A stretch of 64,000 nucleotides of DNA from a bacterium (GTDB taxonomy: Bacteria > Electryoneota > Electryoneia > Electryoneales > Electryoneaceae), in assembly GCA_963669175.1 (NCBI GenBank), contig OY769902.1, positions 2,912,001 through 2,976,000 of the forward strand. Direction: 5' to 3'. The stretch's first letter is position 1. The number at the start of each line of letters is the position of its first letter. Made by a program: the position numbers and the translations under genes. The notes below the pieces were generated by a model, which had not been told where the DNA came from, searched no databases, and saw only the letters and a program-made list of their open reading frames with translations. Below are positions 28,138-39,027 of this stretch, in pieces.

Positions 28138-31100
28138 ATGGATTTTGTTCACCTGCATAACCACACAGATTATAGTTTTCTTGACGGGGCGACGAAAGTC
28201 AAGGATCTGACACGGAAAGCCAAAGAGCTTGGCATGCCGGCCGTAGCGTTAACCGATCACGGCAACCTGTGTGGCGCGGTTGAGTTTTATCGAGAAGCGC
28301 AGAAAAATGAGATCAAACCGATCATCGGCGCTGAATTATACCTCACAGAGGGATCTCGTTTTGATAAAGGGCCGGATGTATACGGGAAAAGGCGGCCACG
28401 TTTTCACCTGCTTGCCTTAGCCAAGAACCAGATTGGTTACAAAAACCTGATCAAACTTTCATCTGCCGGTTATCTCGAGGGATTTTATCATAAACCCCGC
28501 ATCGACCTGGAGTACCTGGAGCAGCATCGTGAAGGACTGATCGTGACCACCGGTTGCCTTCAGGGAATTATCCCGCAGGCTTTCCTGAAGCGTTCGGAGA
28601 AAGAGGCAATTGAGCTGGCCGGCTGGTTCAATGAACTGTTCGGGGATGATTTTTATTTCGAGTTGCAGGATCATGGCATTGACGAGCAGCACCAGGTCAA
28701 CCGTTTCATCATTGACCTGGCGAAGAAGATGAACAAGAAGCTCATCGCCACCAACGATGTTCACTACCTGGAAAAAGGGCACGCCGATCCGCATGATATC
28801 CTGCTCTGTGTCCAGACTCGAAGTGATCGAAATGATACCAACCGCTTCAAGTTCCACGGCGATGAATTCTATCTGAAAACACCGGAGGAGATGGCAGCAA
28901 TATTCAAGGATTACCCGGAAGCGTTGACCAATACCGTTGAAATCGCTGAGAAGTGTGACGTCCATTTCAACTTCAAAGACAAACATTTTCCCTATTATCC
29001 GCTTCCCCCGGAAGCGAAAGAAAAAACGCATGCGGAATACCTGTATGAACTATGTGAAGCCGGGTTGCCAAAACGCTATGGCGACAAGGTTACACCGGAA
29101 ATCAGACAGCGTCTTGAAACCGAGATGGGCATTATCAAGCAGAAGCAACTGGCGGACTATTTCCTGATCGTTCGTGACTTCATCATCCATGCCAAGAACC
29201 AGGGAATCCCAGTGGGGCCGGGACGTGGTAGCGCTGCGGGAAGCCTGGTGAGTTACCTGATCGAGATTACAAATATTGACCCGATTCGTTACGAGTTGCT
29301 GTTCGAACGGTTTATCAATCCCGAACGTGAGAGTTATCCTGATATTGATGTTGACTTTGCTGACACCCGTCGAGCCGAGGTCATCGAATATGTCAAGCAG
29401 AAGTATGGTCAGGAGAATGTCTGCCAGATCATGACTTTCGGCCGGATGCTGAGTAAGGGCGTGGTGCGAGATGTGGGGCGTGTCATGCAGATTCCGTTGC
29501 CGGAAGTTGACGCTATCGCCAAGCTCATTCCTGAAGGGCCGAAGGTCACCCTGAAGAGCGCCCTGGAAGATAGCCAGGAACTAAGCGATCTGATAAACAG
29601 CCGTGGTGAATACAAAGAGCTGATGAAGAGCGCCCTGGTCCTGGAGGGGACAATCCGGAATGCCGGGGTTCATGCTGCGGGGGTAGTGATTACGCCTGAA
29701 CCGCTGAATGAACTGGTGCCGCTCTTCAAACCGCCGAACGGGGATGTTACTACCCAGTTTGATATGAAGCATGTGGAAATGATCGGCCTGTTGAAGGTGG
29801 ACTTCCTGGGACTTAAAACCCTGTCCATCCTGGAGAAGGCGGTCAACCTGATCAAACGGAAGGGAATTGATCTCGAGTTGGAGGATATTCCCATTGAGGA
29901 CAAGGAGACGTACGAACTCTTTGGCCGTGGGGATACCATCGGCATCTTCCAGTTTGAATCTGGCGGAATGCGTGAAAGCCTGAAGAAGTTGAAGCCGGAA
30001 CGCCTGGAAGACCTGACCGCAATGAACGCGCTGTATCGTCCCGGTCCGATGGAAAACATCGACACCTTCATTCGCAGGAAGCACGGCAAAGAGAAGATCA
30101 CGTATCTGCACCAGATGCTGGCCAGTATCCTGGATGAGACTTATGGCATTATCGTCTACCAGGAACAGGTCATGCAGATCGCCAACAAGCTTTCGAACAT
30201 GAGCCTTGGCCGAGCGGATGTGCTGCGCCGTGCGATGGGGAAGAAGAAGCAGGCACTCATGGATGAGATGAAGCCTGAGTTTGTTGAAGGCTGCGGACAG
30301 AATGGAATCAACGCGAAAACCGCCTCAGAAATCTGGGACTTGATTGAGAAGTTCGCGAAATACGGCTTCAACAAGTCTCACGCTGCAGGTTACGCTCTCG
30401 TCGCATACCAGACCGGCTTTTTGAAGACGCACTACCCGGCGGAGTTCATGGCGGCGAGTATGTCCACACGAAAAGACAACACGGAAGAAGTTGTCCTGTT
30501 CCTGGAAGAATGCAAACGGATGGGCGTGGACGTTTTACCGCCGGATGTAAACGAATCGGAAGAAGACTTCAGCGTGACCGAAGATGGAGCTGTCCGTTTC
30601 GGGATGGCTGCCATCAAGAATGTGGGCGGACCGGCTATACAGGCGATCATGGGGGAGCGTGAAACTCGTCAGCGTTTCCAGGATTTGTATGAACTCGCCG
30701 AGTGCGCGGTTTGTAGCCCGTTGATCAACCGTCGTGTTCTGGAGAACCTGATCCTGGCGGGAGCGTGTGACAGCCTGAACGGCCACCGTCAGCAACAACT
30801 TGCGGCCTTGGATCAGGCGCTCGCCTATGCCCACCAGTTAAAGCAGGAGAAGGCACAGGGGCAATTCAGCATGTTCGGGGAAGAGTGTGATGATGGCGTC
30901 GCTTTGCCACGTCCTGAAATGCCGGATGTGGAAGAAATGCCCGCCCATGAAAGATTGGCCGAGGAGAAGGCGCGGCTGGGCTTCTATTTCTCCGGGCATC
31001 CCCTGTTCAAGTACCGCCGTGAGATCGAGTCGTTCGGAACGATTGATGTTGCCAACCTCAGCAATGGCCACCCAGACCAGGAAGTACGGTTGGTCGGTAT

Positions 31101-31578
31101 CCTGGTTTCGGTCGAACGTCGCCAAACGAAAAAAGGCGATGTGATGGGCCGTGGCAAATTTGAGGACTTGTCCGGTGTTGTAGGCGTCGTCATTTTCCCG
31201 AAAACCTTTGATAGTATTAAAGATCGCCTGGTGAAAGATGTTCCTGTCCTGATGACTGGGAAACTCCAGAAGCGGGATGACAATTGCGAAATCATCGTGG
31301 ATGATGTTCAGACCCTTGAAGATGCTATGGAAAAGCTGACACGGATGATCCGGGTGTCTATCGATGAGGAGATCGCGGGGAAAGACTATTTGCAACTGGA
31401 AAACATCATTCGTGAGAATCCCGGACCGGCACGCTTGCAGATCTGGTTCCACCGTGAAGATGGCACCTGTTTCCGGACAGTATCGGGACGCTATTCCCTC
31501 GCGCCACGGTTTGATTCCATTGCGGAATTACGTGATGTGATCGGGGAAGAGGCGGTTACGATCATGGCTATGGGGTAG
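28138..31578 (+). CDS. dnaE: DNA polymerase III alpha subunit (replicative DnaE1)
   Basis: Intact PHP HLHNHTDYS/TDHG, GRGSAAGS, PDIDVD, YGFNKSH, clamp motif QFSMF, OB fold and C-terminal domain. Confidence 0.97.
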   Translation: MDFVHLHNHTDYSFLDGATKVKDLTRKAKELGMPAVALTDHGNLCGAVEFYREAQKNEIKPIIGAELYLTEGSRFDKGPDVYGKRRPRFHLLALAKNQIGYKNLIKLSSAGYLEGFYHKPRIDLEYLEQHREGLIVTTGCLQGIIPQAFLKRSEKEAIELAGWFNELFGDDFYFELQDHGIDEQHQVNRFIIDLAKKMNKKLIATNDVHYLEKGHADPHDILLCVQTRSDRNDTNRFKFHGDEFYLKTPEEMAAIFKDYPEALTNTVEIAEKCDVHFNFKDKHFPYYPLPPEAKEKTHAEYLYELCEAGLPKRYGDKVTPEIRQRLETEMGIIKQKQLADYFLIVRDFIIHAKNQGIPVGPGRGSAAGSLVSYLIEITNIDPIRYELLFERFINPERESYPDIDVDFADTRRAEVIEYVKQKYGQENVCQIMTFGRMLSKGVVRDVGRVMQIPLPEVDAIAKLIPEGPKVTLKSALEDSQELSDLINSRGEYKELMKSALVLEGTIRNAGVHAAGVVITPEPLNELVPLFKPPNGDVTTQFDMKHVEMIGLLKVDFLGLKTLSILEKAVNLIKRKGIDLELEDIPIEDKETYELFGRGDTIGIFQFESGGMRESLKKLKPERLEDLTAMNALYRPGPMENIDTFIRRKHGKEKITYLHQMLASILDETYGIIVYQEQVMQIANKLSNMSLGRADVLRRAMGKKKQALMDEMKPEFVEGCGQNGINAKTASEIWDLIEKFAKYGFNKSHAAGYALVAYQTGFLKTHYPAEFMAASMSTRKDNTEEVVLFLEECKRMGVDVLPPDVNESEEDFSVTEDGAVRFGMAAIKNVGGPAIQAIMGERETRQRFQDLYELAECAVCSPLINRRVLENLILAGACDSLNGHRQQQLAALDQALAYAHQLKQEKAQGQFSMFGEECDDGVALPRPEMPDVEEMPAHERLAEEKARLGFYFSGHPLFKYRREIESFGTIDVANLSNGHPDQEVRLVGILVSVERRQTKKGDVMGRGKFEDLSGVVGVVIFPKTFDSIKDRLVKDVPVLMTGKLQKRDDNCEIIVDDVQTLEDAMEKLTRMIRVSIDEEIAGKDYLQLENIIRENPGPARLQIWFHREDGTCFRTVSGRYSLAPRFDSIAELRDVIGEEAVTIMAMG

Positions 31579-31581
31579 CCG

Positions 31582-32031
31582 ATGCGGGTGTTGCTGCAAC
31601 GAGTGTCTGAAGCATCGGTAACCGTTAACGATAACCTGGTATCCAGCATCGGCCCAGGTCTTCTGTTGCTAGTCGGAGTACGTGAGGGCGATGGCGAGCC
31701 TGAAGCACAATGGCTGGCAAATAAAATCGCAGGCTTGCGTGTGTTCGAAGATGAAGAGGATAAACTGAATCTGTCCATTCAGGATGTCGGTGGCGAAATT
31801 CTGTCAGTCAGCCAGTTTACCCTCTATGGTGACACGCGCAAAGGTAAACGACCTTCCTTCTCCCATGCGGCGCATCCTTCCCTTGCAGAACCCCTTTGCG
31901 CACAATTCGCGGATATGCTGCGGAAACAGGGGATCACGGTTCGCGAAGGGGTGTTCGGCGCCATGATGAAGATCGCCCTGATCAACGATGGCCCGGTTAC
32001 ACTGATGCTGGAAAAAGAAGCCGTCAGGTAG
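31582..32031 (+). CDS. dtd: D-aminoacyl-tRNA deacylase
   Basis: [18 protein letters not shown] and NDGPVT. Confidence 0.96.
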   Translation: MRVLLQRVSEASVTVNDNLVSSIGPGLLLLVGVREGDGEPEAQWLANKIAGLRVFEDEEDKLNLSIQDVGGEILSVSQFTLYGDTRKGKRPSFSHAAHPSLAEPLCAQFADMLRKQGITVREGVFGAMMKIALINDGPVTLMLEKEAVR

Positions 32032-32085
32032 TCGTATCGCTTATTTATGCACGTCAGGGTGGCCTGATCCGCAGGTGATGAAGTA

Positions 32086-32533
32086 TCCGCTTTCGTGGTC
32101 TGTATTCGGCGAAAAATGGGACTGTTACCTTTTCGAGTTCGCAGATACTGGACAGTTAATTCAGGGGGGACGAAAAGGTAACTGTACCAGATTTTTCGCC
32201 TGTTTAGCTTGTGTGAACGCCACTGAGATTAGTTCCAGGTGTGAGAATGTTGGGCCGCCCAAAGTATGAATAATCATAGTGTTGAAGTGGAATGCTGGAA
32301 AATGCTGGGACAGCCACCTTTTTCGCGACACGTTTCCCGGAAACAGATAACCAGCGTACAAATCAATCATGCTCAAGCAACATCAGTCTGTCCTATAGCG
32401 AAAAAGAGTGGCAGTCCCCATTTTCCTATCCAATCCCGACTCACTCGTAGTCGCGTCATGGATTGTCACTTCAGCACAGTATCCATCTTGAAACGACAGC
32501 GTCAGTTCCATCACGTGTGAGTCGTGCCACCCA
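32086..32533 (+). repeat. 448-bp direct repeat (REP-like family C) copy 1
   Basis: TCCGCTTTCGTGGTCTGTATTCGGCG...GCCACCCA, highly similar to 35001-35448; contains two palindromic doublets. Confidence 0.9.
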
Positions 32534-32648
32534 AGCTTATCACAATTCCAAGTGTGAATATTTGTTCTAACAGTTGCCCCGAATACCCGATCCCCACTAT
32601 TTTCTTACACAGTTCCGCATCCCCGCTGGACTAAATCGGATAGAGAAG

Positions 32649-34991
32649 ATGACACGTACCTCGCTCACCCATTTGCGGTTGATCCTGATCGCCATCCTGT
32701 GTGTTCTCTGCCTGCTCCCATCCTTGCTCCTTGCCGAGGGAAGGACGCCTTGGGACTATGGTGTCGATTGGCAGGGTGACAGTTTTATTTACAGGTATGA
32801 TATCGCCAACCTGATTGATTCTTGCTATTTGTATGTACAGGATTACTACGGGCTTCGCCTTTACCGGATAGACATTGAAGGTGAACAGGCGCAACTGGAA
32901 CTGCTGGATACCGAGCGTGCTTTCGGTGCTTATCCGACTCAGATGAAGTTCTATGGCGATACCTTGTTTGTGGGAACAGCGACCAGAGTTCACCTTTTTA
33001 CACGTGACGATGAAAGCCTGGCGCATATCCGTGAAGAGTTTCACTACGGTCTAAGTCCAAGGTGTATTACGGATGATTCGCTGATGGTGACTGACCGGGG
33101 AATTGTCAGCATACGTAACGATTTTGAACCGGAACTTCTTTGCCAGGGATATTTCTACCAGAACCACATCATTGTAGAAGATCATTTGTATTACGGAGTT
33201 CCATCGCCACAGGATGATTATCCATTAATCGTTTGTGATATTTCAGACCCACGTCACCCTCAGCAAGTCCAATATGTTGACACACTTCCATTTGGCTATG
33301 GATTTGAATACCATCATCCGGTTTACTTGGATAGTGTGATCGCATTTCCCAGTTGGGGATATGTCAATTTTGCCCGTTTGGATGAAAACTTGGAAGTAAT
33401 GGATACGTATGCATGGGATTTTATGGCTCAGTATCCGTATCATTATCCAGACTTTGATAATTATGGTTGGATTGGTGTGATCAGTGATACGTTGATTGGA
33501 GTATTTTCTGGATATTCGGGTTATAATCAATATCCTATACTTTCTTTGTTTGACCCGGATTTGCCTCTCGATGAAATGCACATCGCCACGATAGGATTCT
33601 ATGACAATTGGAACATCAGTGGTTATACGAGTTCTACCGCATGTACTTCGCACGATTCGTTGCTTCTAGTTAATAATATGTATTGGCCAATGACACGCCT
33701 CTATTGGATTGCCAGTCTGGATACAGCGGTTTGTCTTTTCGATACAACCAATTGGAATTACCCATATTATCATCCTACAAGTTCTTTTCCCTATCTCGAA
33801 GGCGGTATCTTAATTACAAATGAGGAATACGAAGCACTGACAATACATTCATTAACAGAAGGGTATACTCCAACACAAATAGTATCTAAGCAAAATTACA
33901 GGACGTATGTTTGTGATTATTATAGTCCCTACTTGTTGTCTTTATCACATTTACCAGGTGAAAGCGGACACAATCATTGGTATATTCAATCGCATTTTCA
34001 AAGTGACACTTTGGCAATGGTTTGCGATTTGGGGAGTTATGGAAATAGTGCTTTTCACAGCCCGCATGCTTGCTTGAAGCGCCTGAATGGTTCTTTGTAT
34101 TGCGCTATCCGGTATTATGAAGGGCTCGATATCTTTCAAATCTATCCCGATAGCGCTTCTCTGATATATACGCTTGAGTTGCCGGAAGTACTAAACTACG
34201 TCCAGAAGGGACTTGTTTGGGATGATGATGGCATCTTCCTGATGCAAAATGACAGCTTGAAATGGTTCGTGCCAGATTTGCCCGATACCTGCTATTTACG
34301 TGATAAAGAAGTCTTTCACCCTGTAAGTAGCGCCAATGCACCGGCGAACCCAATGAAGAAGAGCGAAAACTGGCTTGCCATTGGCAACCGCCTGTTCCGT
34401 TTCGAAGGAGATTCACTCCAGTTTGCTTGTGTCTTTCCCCATGGCCCCAATGATGCAGCTTCAAAGGTTTTAGAGCTCGAAGAAGACCGTGTTGTTCTAT
34501 GGACCAATGAACTCATCGGCCCAACCGTGACTGTACTGAACCTTCATGAGGATTGTTTCACCGATACTACCGCTTACATCATAGAAGGTGGCTATGAAGC
34601 TGATATTCTTGGAGACACCCTCTGGATTATTGGTGTGAACGGCCTAATGCGTTTTGAACTGACCGGATATTCGGATGCGCCGGAGGAAATCAAGGCTTCT
34701 TCCACGCTTCCCACAACCACACAGCTTGAACCGGCTTTCCCGAATCCTTTCAACCCTTCGGTTACCATTCCCTTTTCCCTGGCATCCTCTCAGCGACTCT
34801 CTATCGAGATCTTCGATATACTGGGGCGTCGCGTCACGACACTTACGGAAGGGCTGATTCCCGCCGGGCATCACCAGGTGCAATGGCAGGGAAAATCATC
34901 TTCTGGACAAATGGTCTCGGCAGGGACGTACTTTGTAAGGATGCGTTATAATGGAGGTGAATCCGTAAGGAAAGTTCTGTTGTTGAAATAA
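32649..34991 (+). CDS. Secreted beta-rich protein with T9SS-type/FlgD-Ig C-terminal domain
   Basis: Signal peptide from ATG 32649 (MTRTSL...LLA-E), LVIVD-like repeats (LIVCDISDPRHP), C-terminal AFPNPFNPSV...AGTYFVR...RKVLLLK. Confidence 0.8.
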   Translation: MTRTSLTHLRLILIAILCVLCLLPSLLLAEGRTPWDYGVDWQGDSFIYRYDIANLIDSCYLYVQDYYGLRLYRIDIEGEQAQLELLDTERAFGAYPTQMKFYGDTLFVGTATRVHLFTRDDESLAHIREEFHYGLSPRCITDDSLMVTDRGIVSIRNDFEPELLCQGYFYQNHIIVEDHLYYGVPSPQDDYPLIVCDISDPRHPQQVQYVDTLPFGYGFEYHHPVYLDSVIAFPSWGYVNFARLDENLEVMDTYAWDFMAQYPYHYPDFDNYGWIGVISDTLIGVFSGYSGYNQYPILSLFDPDLPLDEMHIATIGFYDNWNISGYTSSTACTSHDSLLLVNNMYWPMTRLYWIASLDTAVCLFDTTNWNYPYYHPTSSFPYLEGGILITNEEYEALTIHSLTEGYTPTQIVSKQNYRTYVCDYYSPYLLSLSHLPGESGHNHWYIQSHFQSDTLAMVCDLGSYGNSAFHSPHACLKRLNGSLYCAIRYYEGLDIFQIYPDSASLIYTLELPEVLNYVQKGLVWDDDGIFLMQNDSLKWFVPDLPDTCYLRDKEVFHPVSSANAPANPMKKSENWLAIGNRLFRFEGDSLQFACVFPHGPNDAASKVLELEEDRVVLWTNELIGPTVTVLNLHEDCFTDTTAYIIEGGYEADILGDTLWIIGVNGLMRFELTGYSDAPEEIKASSTLPTTTQLEPAFPNPFNPSVTIPFSLASSQRLSIEIFDILGRRVTTLTEGLIPAGHHQVQWQGKSSSGQMVSAGTYFVRMRYNGGESVRKVLLLK

Positions 34992-35000
34992 GGAAATGCT

Positions 35001-35448
35001 TCCGCTTTCGTGGTCTGTATTCGGCGAAAAATGGGACTGTTACCTTTTCGAGTTCGCAGATACTGGACAGTGAATTCAGGGGTGACGAAAAGGTAACTGT
35101 ACCAGATTTTTCGCCTGTTTAGCTTGTGTGAACGCCACTGAGATTAGTTCCAGGCGTGAGAATGTAGGGTCACCCAAAGTAAGAATAATCATAGTGTTGA
35201 AGTGGAATGCTGGAAAATGCTGGGACAGCCACCTTTTTCGCGACACGTTTTCCAAGTACACTTTACATATGCATAATTCAAGCATGATTTACAATCATCG
35301 CCACTCAAGCATGCGAAAAAGAGTGGCAGTCCCCATTTTCCTGCCACATTCCCGACTCACTCATAGTCGCGTCAAGGATTGTCACTTCAGCACAGTACCC
35401 ATCACGAACGACAGCGTCAGTTCCATCACGTGTGAGTCGGGCCACCCA
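35001..35448 (+). repeat. 448-bp direct repeat (REP-like family C) copy 2
   Basis: Same orientation and length as 32086-32533; differs mainly in the hairpin spacers. Confidence 0.9.
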
Positions 35449-35553
35449 GACCTCGGCTATTCAGACAAAAACTAGAAGTTCAGGAAAGAAGATAGAAGTG
35501 TATTTATATGGTTATTATAAAAATAACTGGAACCTCATTATTTCTACCTCCTC

Positions 35554-35596
35554 TTGACACTGCACTCCTGTTCACCTATCTTTTGTTTAGTAAACA
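35554..35596 (+). promoter_or_regulatory. sigma70 promoter of lexA with candidate operator
   Basis: TTGACA(35554)-17-TATCTT(35577), followed by palindrome TGTTTA-G-TAAACA (35584-35596). Confidence 0.7.
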
Positions 35597-35686
35597 TATG
35601 ATACCCTTTGTGTGGATTCGACGTAAAGGGGGACTGGGCGTAAAGAAGGCAGGTCGCTTACGTCGCAGACAGACCTGGAGGTCAGC

Positions 35687-36412
35687 ATGGCCAAGAAATT
35701 GACAGATAGACAACGCTCTGTGTTGGTTCGGATCGGAGAAGGATTGCGCGATCATAACTATCCGCCGACGTTGCGCGAGATAGGTGAAGAGGAAGGCATT
35801 CGTTCGACCAATGGCGTACGCAGTGTGCTTGAAGCCCTGGAGAAAAAGGGGTACATCACACGCAAGCGTTACCAGAGCCGTGCGATTGAACTGACGGATC
35901 GTGGCAAGGATGAAGTCGTGCAGGTGTTGGGAACGGACAATTCTGACGAACCTTACATGGATGAGTCGGGTGCTGCTGCCAGGACGATTTCGCTGAATGC
36001 TACAGTTGATGAGGCCAGAAACGTGGTCACGATTCCTGTCCTGGGACGTGTCGCTGCAGGTTTGCCTTTGCTGGCGGAGCAGAATATTGATGAGCATGTG
36101 GCGCTGGATGCCGAATACGCTCCGCATGGCGAGACCTTTGCCTTACGGGTCAAAGGTGAATCCATGATCGAGGAGGGCATTCATAACGGTGATGTGGTTT
36201 TCTGTCGTGTGCAGGAAAACGCTGAGCCCGGTGAAATTGTAGTCGCCTTGATCGGCGATGAAGCTACGGTGAAGTACTATTACCCGGAAAAGAACCGTGT
36301 GGTTCTGAAGCCGGCGAACCAGTATTTCGGGCCGATTGTAGTCGAAGCGGATACACCTGGTTTCCGTATTCTGGGCAAGGTTGTCGGTTTATATCGCCGT
36401 TACATGAAGTAA
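35687..36412 (+). CDS. lexA: SOS repressor LexA
   Basis: LTDRQ, YPPTLREIG, cleavage site VAAG, catalytic GESM and ATVK. Confidence 0.96.
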   Translation: MAKKLTDRQRSVLVRIGEGLRDHNYPPTLREIGEEEGIRSTNGVRSVLEALEKKGYITRKRYQSRAIELTDRGKDEVVQVLGTDNSDEPYMDESGAAARTISLNATVDEARNVVTIPVLGRVAAGLPLLAEQNIDEHVALDAEYAPHGETFALRVKGESMIEEGIHNGDVVFCRVQENAEPGEIVVALIGDEATVKYYYPEKNRVVLKPANQYFGPIVVEADTPGFRILGKVVGLYRRYMK

Positions 36413-36512
36413 CAATAGTCAGTCAACTTGGATATTGCTGGCAAAATATTGTTATTGCATATATTAGGGAATTGTTAATCCGATTTTTCCTTGTGGCTTC
36501 AGGGACGTTTAC

Positions 36513-36542
36513 TTGACAGCTTCTGTTTGGCAGGGGTATATT
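36513..36542 (+). promoter_or_regulatory. sigma70 promoter
   Basis: TTGACA-18-TATATT upstream of the DUF151 gene. Confidence 0.55.
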
Positions 36543-36620
36543 GTTCGCCTTGGCAACAGAAGCTTTTTTCTTTATCTACCTAGTGATACGCTGGCTTCAG
36601 ACACCGCAAAGGAGTAGAAC

Positions 36621-37172
36621 ATGATCCCCGTTGAAGTGTCAGGCATCTCCATCAGCCCACCTTATCAGGGGTATGTGGTGATTTTGAAGGAGAAAGATGG
36701 GGATCAGTGGTTACCCATTTTTATCGGGGCATCGGAAGCGCATACCATCTCGCTGCTGTTGCAGGGGCTGAAATATGTGCGTCCCTTAACCTACGATTTG
36801 TTCTACAACCTCCTCGATGCATCATCATCCACGGTCGAGAAAATTGAGGTGACCAAGCTGGAAGAGAACACGTTCTATGCGTTGGTGTATCTTAACACTC
36901 CCGATGGTATCAAGGAAATTGATGCGCGTCCCAGCGATGCTATCGCCCTGGCGCTGAAATTCGAAGCGCCCATTTTTGTTGCGCCGACTGTGTTTACTGA
37001 AGCCGGTATGCGTGGCGAAATTGCCCAGACGGAAAATGTTGATCCGGATGATCGTCTTTCCGAGCTGAACCAGAAATTACAGGAAGCGGTTGAGGCGGAA
37101 GCGTACGAAGAAGCGGCGCGTATCCGTGATGAAATCAAGGAACTGGAACAGGCAAGGAAGAAAGAGAATTAG
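36621..37172 (+). CDS. Bifunctional nuclease family protein (DUF151) with UvrB/C coiled motif
   Basis: LPIFIG, RPLTYDL, IDARPSDAIALAL and EAYEEAARIRDEI. Confidence 0.9.
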   Translation: MIPVEVSGISISPPYQGYVVILKEKDGDQWLPIFIGASEAHTISLLLQGLKYVRPLTYDLFYNLLDASSSTVEKIEVTKLEENTFYALVYLNTPDGIKEIDARPSDAIALALKFEAPIFVAPTVFTEAGMRGEIAQTENVDPDDRLSELNQKLQEAVEAEAYEEAARIRDEIKELEQARKKEN

Positions 37173-37197
37173 TTTCAGTTTGTAGTCCGCGAATACT

Positions 37198-37226
37198 ACC
37201 CTGCGCCGGAAGACGCAGGGTTTTTT
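37198..37226 (+). terminator. Intrinsic terminator
   Basis: ACCCTGCG-CCGGAAGA-CGCAGGG-TTTTTT. Confidence 0.8.
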
Positions 37227-37227
37227 A

Positions 37228-37737
37228 GGTGCCTCGCTATTTCGTGTGGGTACGCAACATCAGGAAATAGTTTTGATGTGTATAATCACGGCCACAATTT
37301 ATTGTGCATAGGCTTTCCATTGATGCAGGCCACCTCGAAGAGGTGAAATTTGAATAGCGTGGTGCGTAAGCGCCGGGAGAACGGTTGCCCATTTCTCTTC
37401 GATCCCGAAGGGATCGCACAAAATCTACGGAAGATATCTTAACCAACGCTTGCCCCGTTCTATTCAACATCTTGCTTTTCTTACAAACGCCTGATGTGAA
37501 TTGTTATTACGTTCTCCCGGAACCCTATGCTACCAGTGCGTCCCCGTCAGGGACGATTTCCCATAGCGATGTTGTGTTCCCGGCGCTTCCGCACCACGCT
37601 ATTCAAATGGCCCACCTTCGGTGGACTTGCAATGGAACCAGACCTCATTGACTGATTCCTATGTAACAACTCGATATTCTATTGTCGTGTCGCATCACTG
37701 TGTGAACCTCTTTACCCACACGAAACAGCAAAGCACC
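37228..37737. mobile_element. ~510-bp MITE with ~25-bp TIRs, inserted in the terminator T-tract
   Basis: Left GGTGCCTCGCTATTTCGTGTGGGTA versus right (reverse complement) GGTGCTTTGCTGTTTCGTGTGGGTA. Flanks GTTTTTTA / TTTTTTTA; internal REP-like palindromes; no credible ORF. Confidence 0.75.
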
Positions 37738-37764
37738 TTTTTTTATCTGTGAGTAGGAAGAAGT

Positions 37765-39027
37765 TCACGCCATGGGAATCCGAACCGTAAAGGTTGTCCC
37801 TTTCCCAGGTTCACTGTCAACTGTAATGGTACCATTTACGGCAGAGATAGATTCTCGGCACATCCATAACCCCAGTCCAGTGCCGACCGGCTTGTCCGAA
37901 GACTGGTTTTTATTTTGAGTTGTCGGTTTGGTCGAGAAGAAAGGATCAAAGATGCGGTCCTGAATTTCCGGGGGAATACCTGGACCATTATCACGAACGA
38001 CCAGTTCAGCAAACCCGTCATTGCAACGAGTGGATATTTCCATTTTCTGATCTTTCTGATTGAACATCGCATCCAGTGCATTTCTTATCAAATTCTGGAA
38101 TACTTGTGAGATATCACCGGCAACCACATGTACCAGTAATGGCGCCGGGTGAAGCGAGACTTTCTTTACCACCTTATTCTTGAATACCAGGTCAGACTTC
38201 ATGAAGGCGATTTCAGTGGCGATAAGGTGATTCAGGTCTATATCCTTCTGAGTTTCGCTTTTATCCTGACGGCTTTTTGTCAGCATGGAAGTAATGATAT
38301 CATTCAGGGTGTTATTGGAATTTTCTATCATCTTCACGGCCCGCAGGATTCTTTCCAGCAATTCTTCACTTGCCTTACAGTCCGGCGCTGCATGATCAGC
38401 ATTTTTGAATTTATCGACAGCGACATTGATCATCTGGGCGCTCATCATACTGGCAGAAAGCGGGTTTTTTAAATTGTGAACAATGCCCTGTACCAGTTGT
38501 CCGAATATGGCTTGACGCTCACTCACGATCAGGTCACGAGTGCGTTTTTCCAGCAGATCTTCCAGTTGACGGTTATAGGTATGTATAATTTCACGTGCTT
38601 TTTTCAGTTCCAGGTGAGTATGGATTCGTGCGAGGATCTCGCGTACCTGGAAAGGTTTGGAAACATAATCAACCGCCCCGAGCTCAAACCCCTTTACTTT
38701 ATCTTCGACAGCATCCTTGGCAGTAAGGAAGATAACCGGAATATCGGACGTAACCGGGTTGGCTTTTAGGCGGCGGCATACTTCATAGCCATCCATCTCC
38801 GGCATCATGATATCAAGCAGTATGAGATCAATGTGTTTGTCCTGAATGCTTTGCAGCGCATTTACACCACTGGTGGCAAAATGAATATCATAGCCCTCAT
38901 CAGACAGGATCGTCAGCATCAACTGAATGTTCTTCAAGACATCATCTACCACCATGATTGAGGGGGCGGATTCTTCTTTGTGAAGGATGATGTTTTCGTT
39001 GCCGTTCATGGTTGCGCTTTCCTGCAT
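37765..39027 (-). CDS. Hybrid response regulator / histidine kinase
   Basis: Receiver VVDD, LLDIMMP and SKPF; H-box HNLKNPL; NLIRNA, DNGPG, FDPFFSTK and GTGLGL. Confidence 0.9.
   Translation of the reverse strand: MQESATMNGNENIILHKEESAPSIMVVDDVLKNIQLMLTILSDEGYDIHFATSGVNALQSIQDKHIDLILLDIMMPEMDGYEVCRRLKANPVTSDIPVIFLTAKDAVEDKVKGFELGAVDYVSKPFQVREILARIHTHLELKKAREIIHTYNRQLEDLLEKRTRDLIVSERQAIFGQLVQGIVHNLKNPLSASMMSAQMINVAVDKFKNADHAAPDCKASEELLERILRAVKMIENSNNTLNDIITSMLTKSRQDKSETQKDIDLNHLIATEIAFMKSDLVFKNKVVKKVSLHPAPLLVHVVAGDISQVFQNLIRNALDAMFNQKDQKMEISTRCNDGFAELVVRDNGPGIPPEIQDRIFDPFFSTKPTTQNKNQSSDKPVGTGLGLWMCRESISAVNGTITVDSEPGKGTTFTVRIPMA

Noticed and set aside
32086-35448. CRISPR array or integron attC cassette array
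   Set aside because: No regularly spaced short repeats with unique spacers, no cas or integrase gene, and the repeats are far longer than attC sites.
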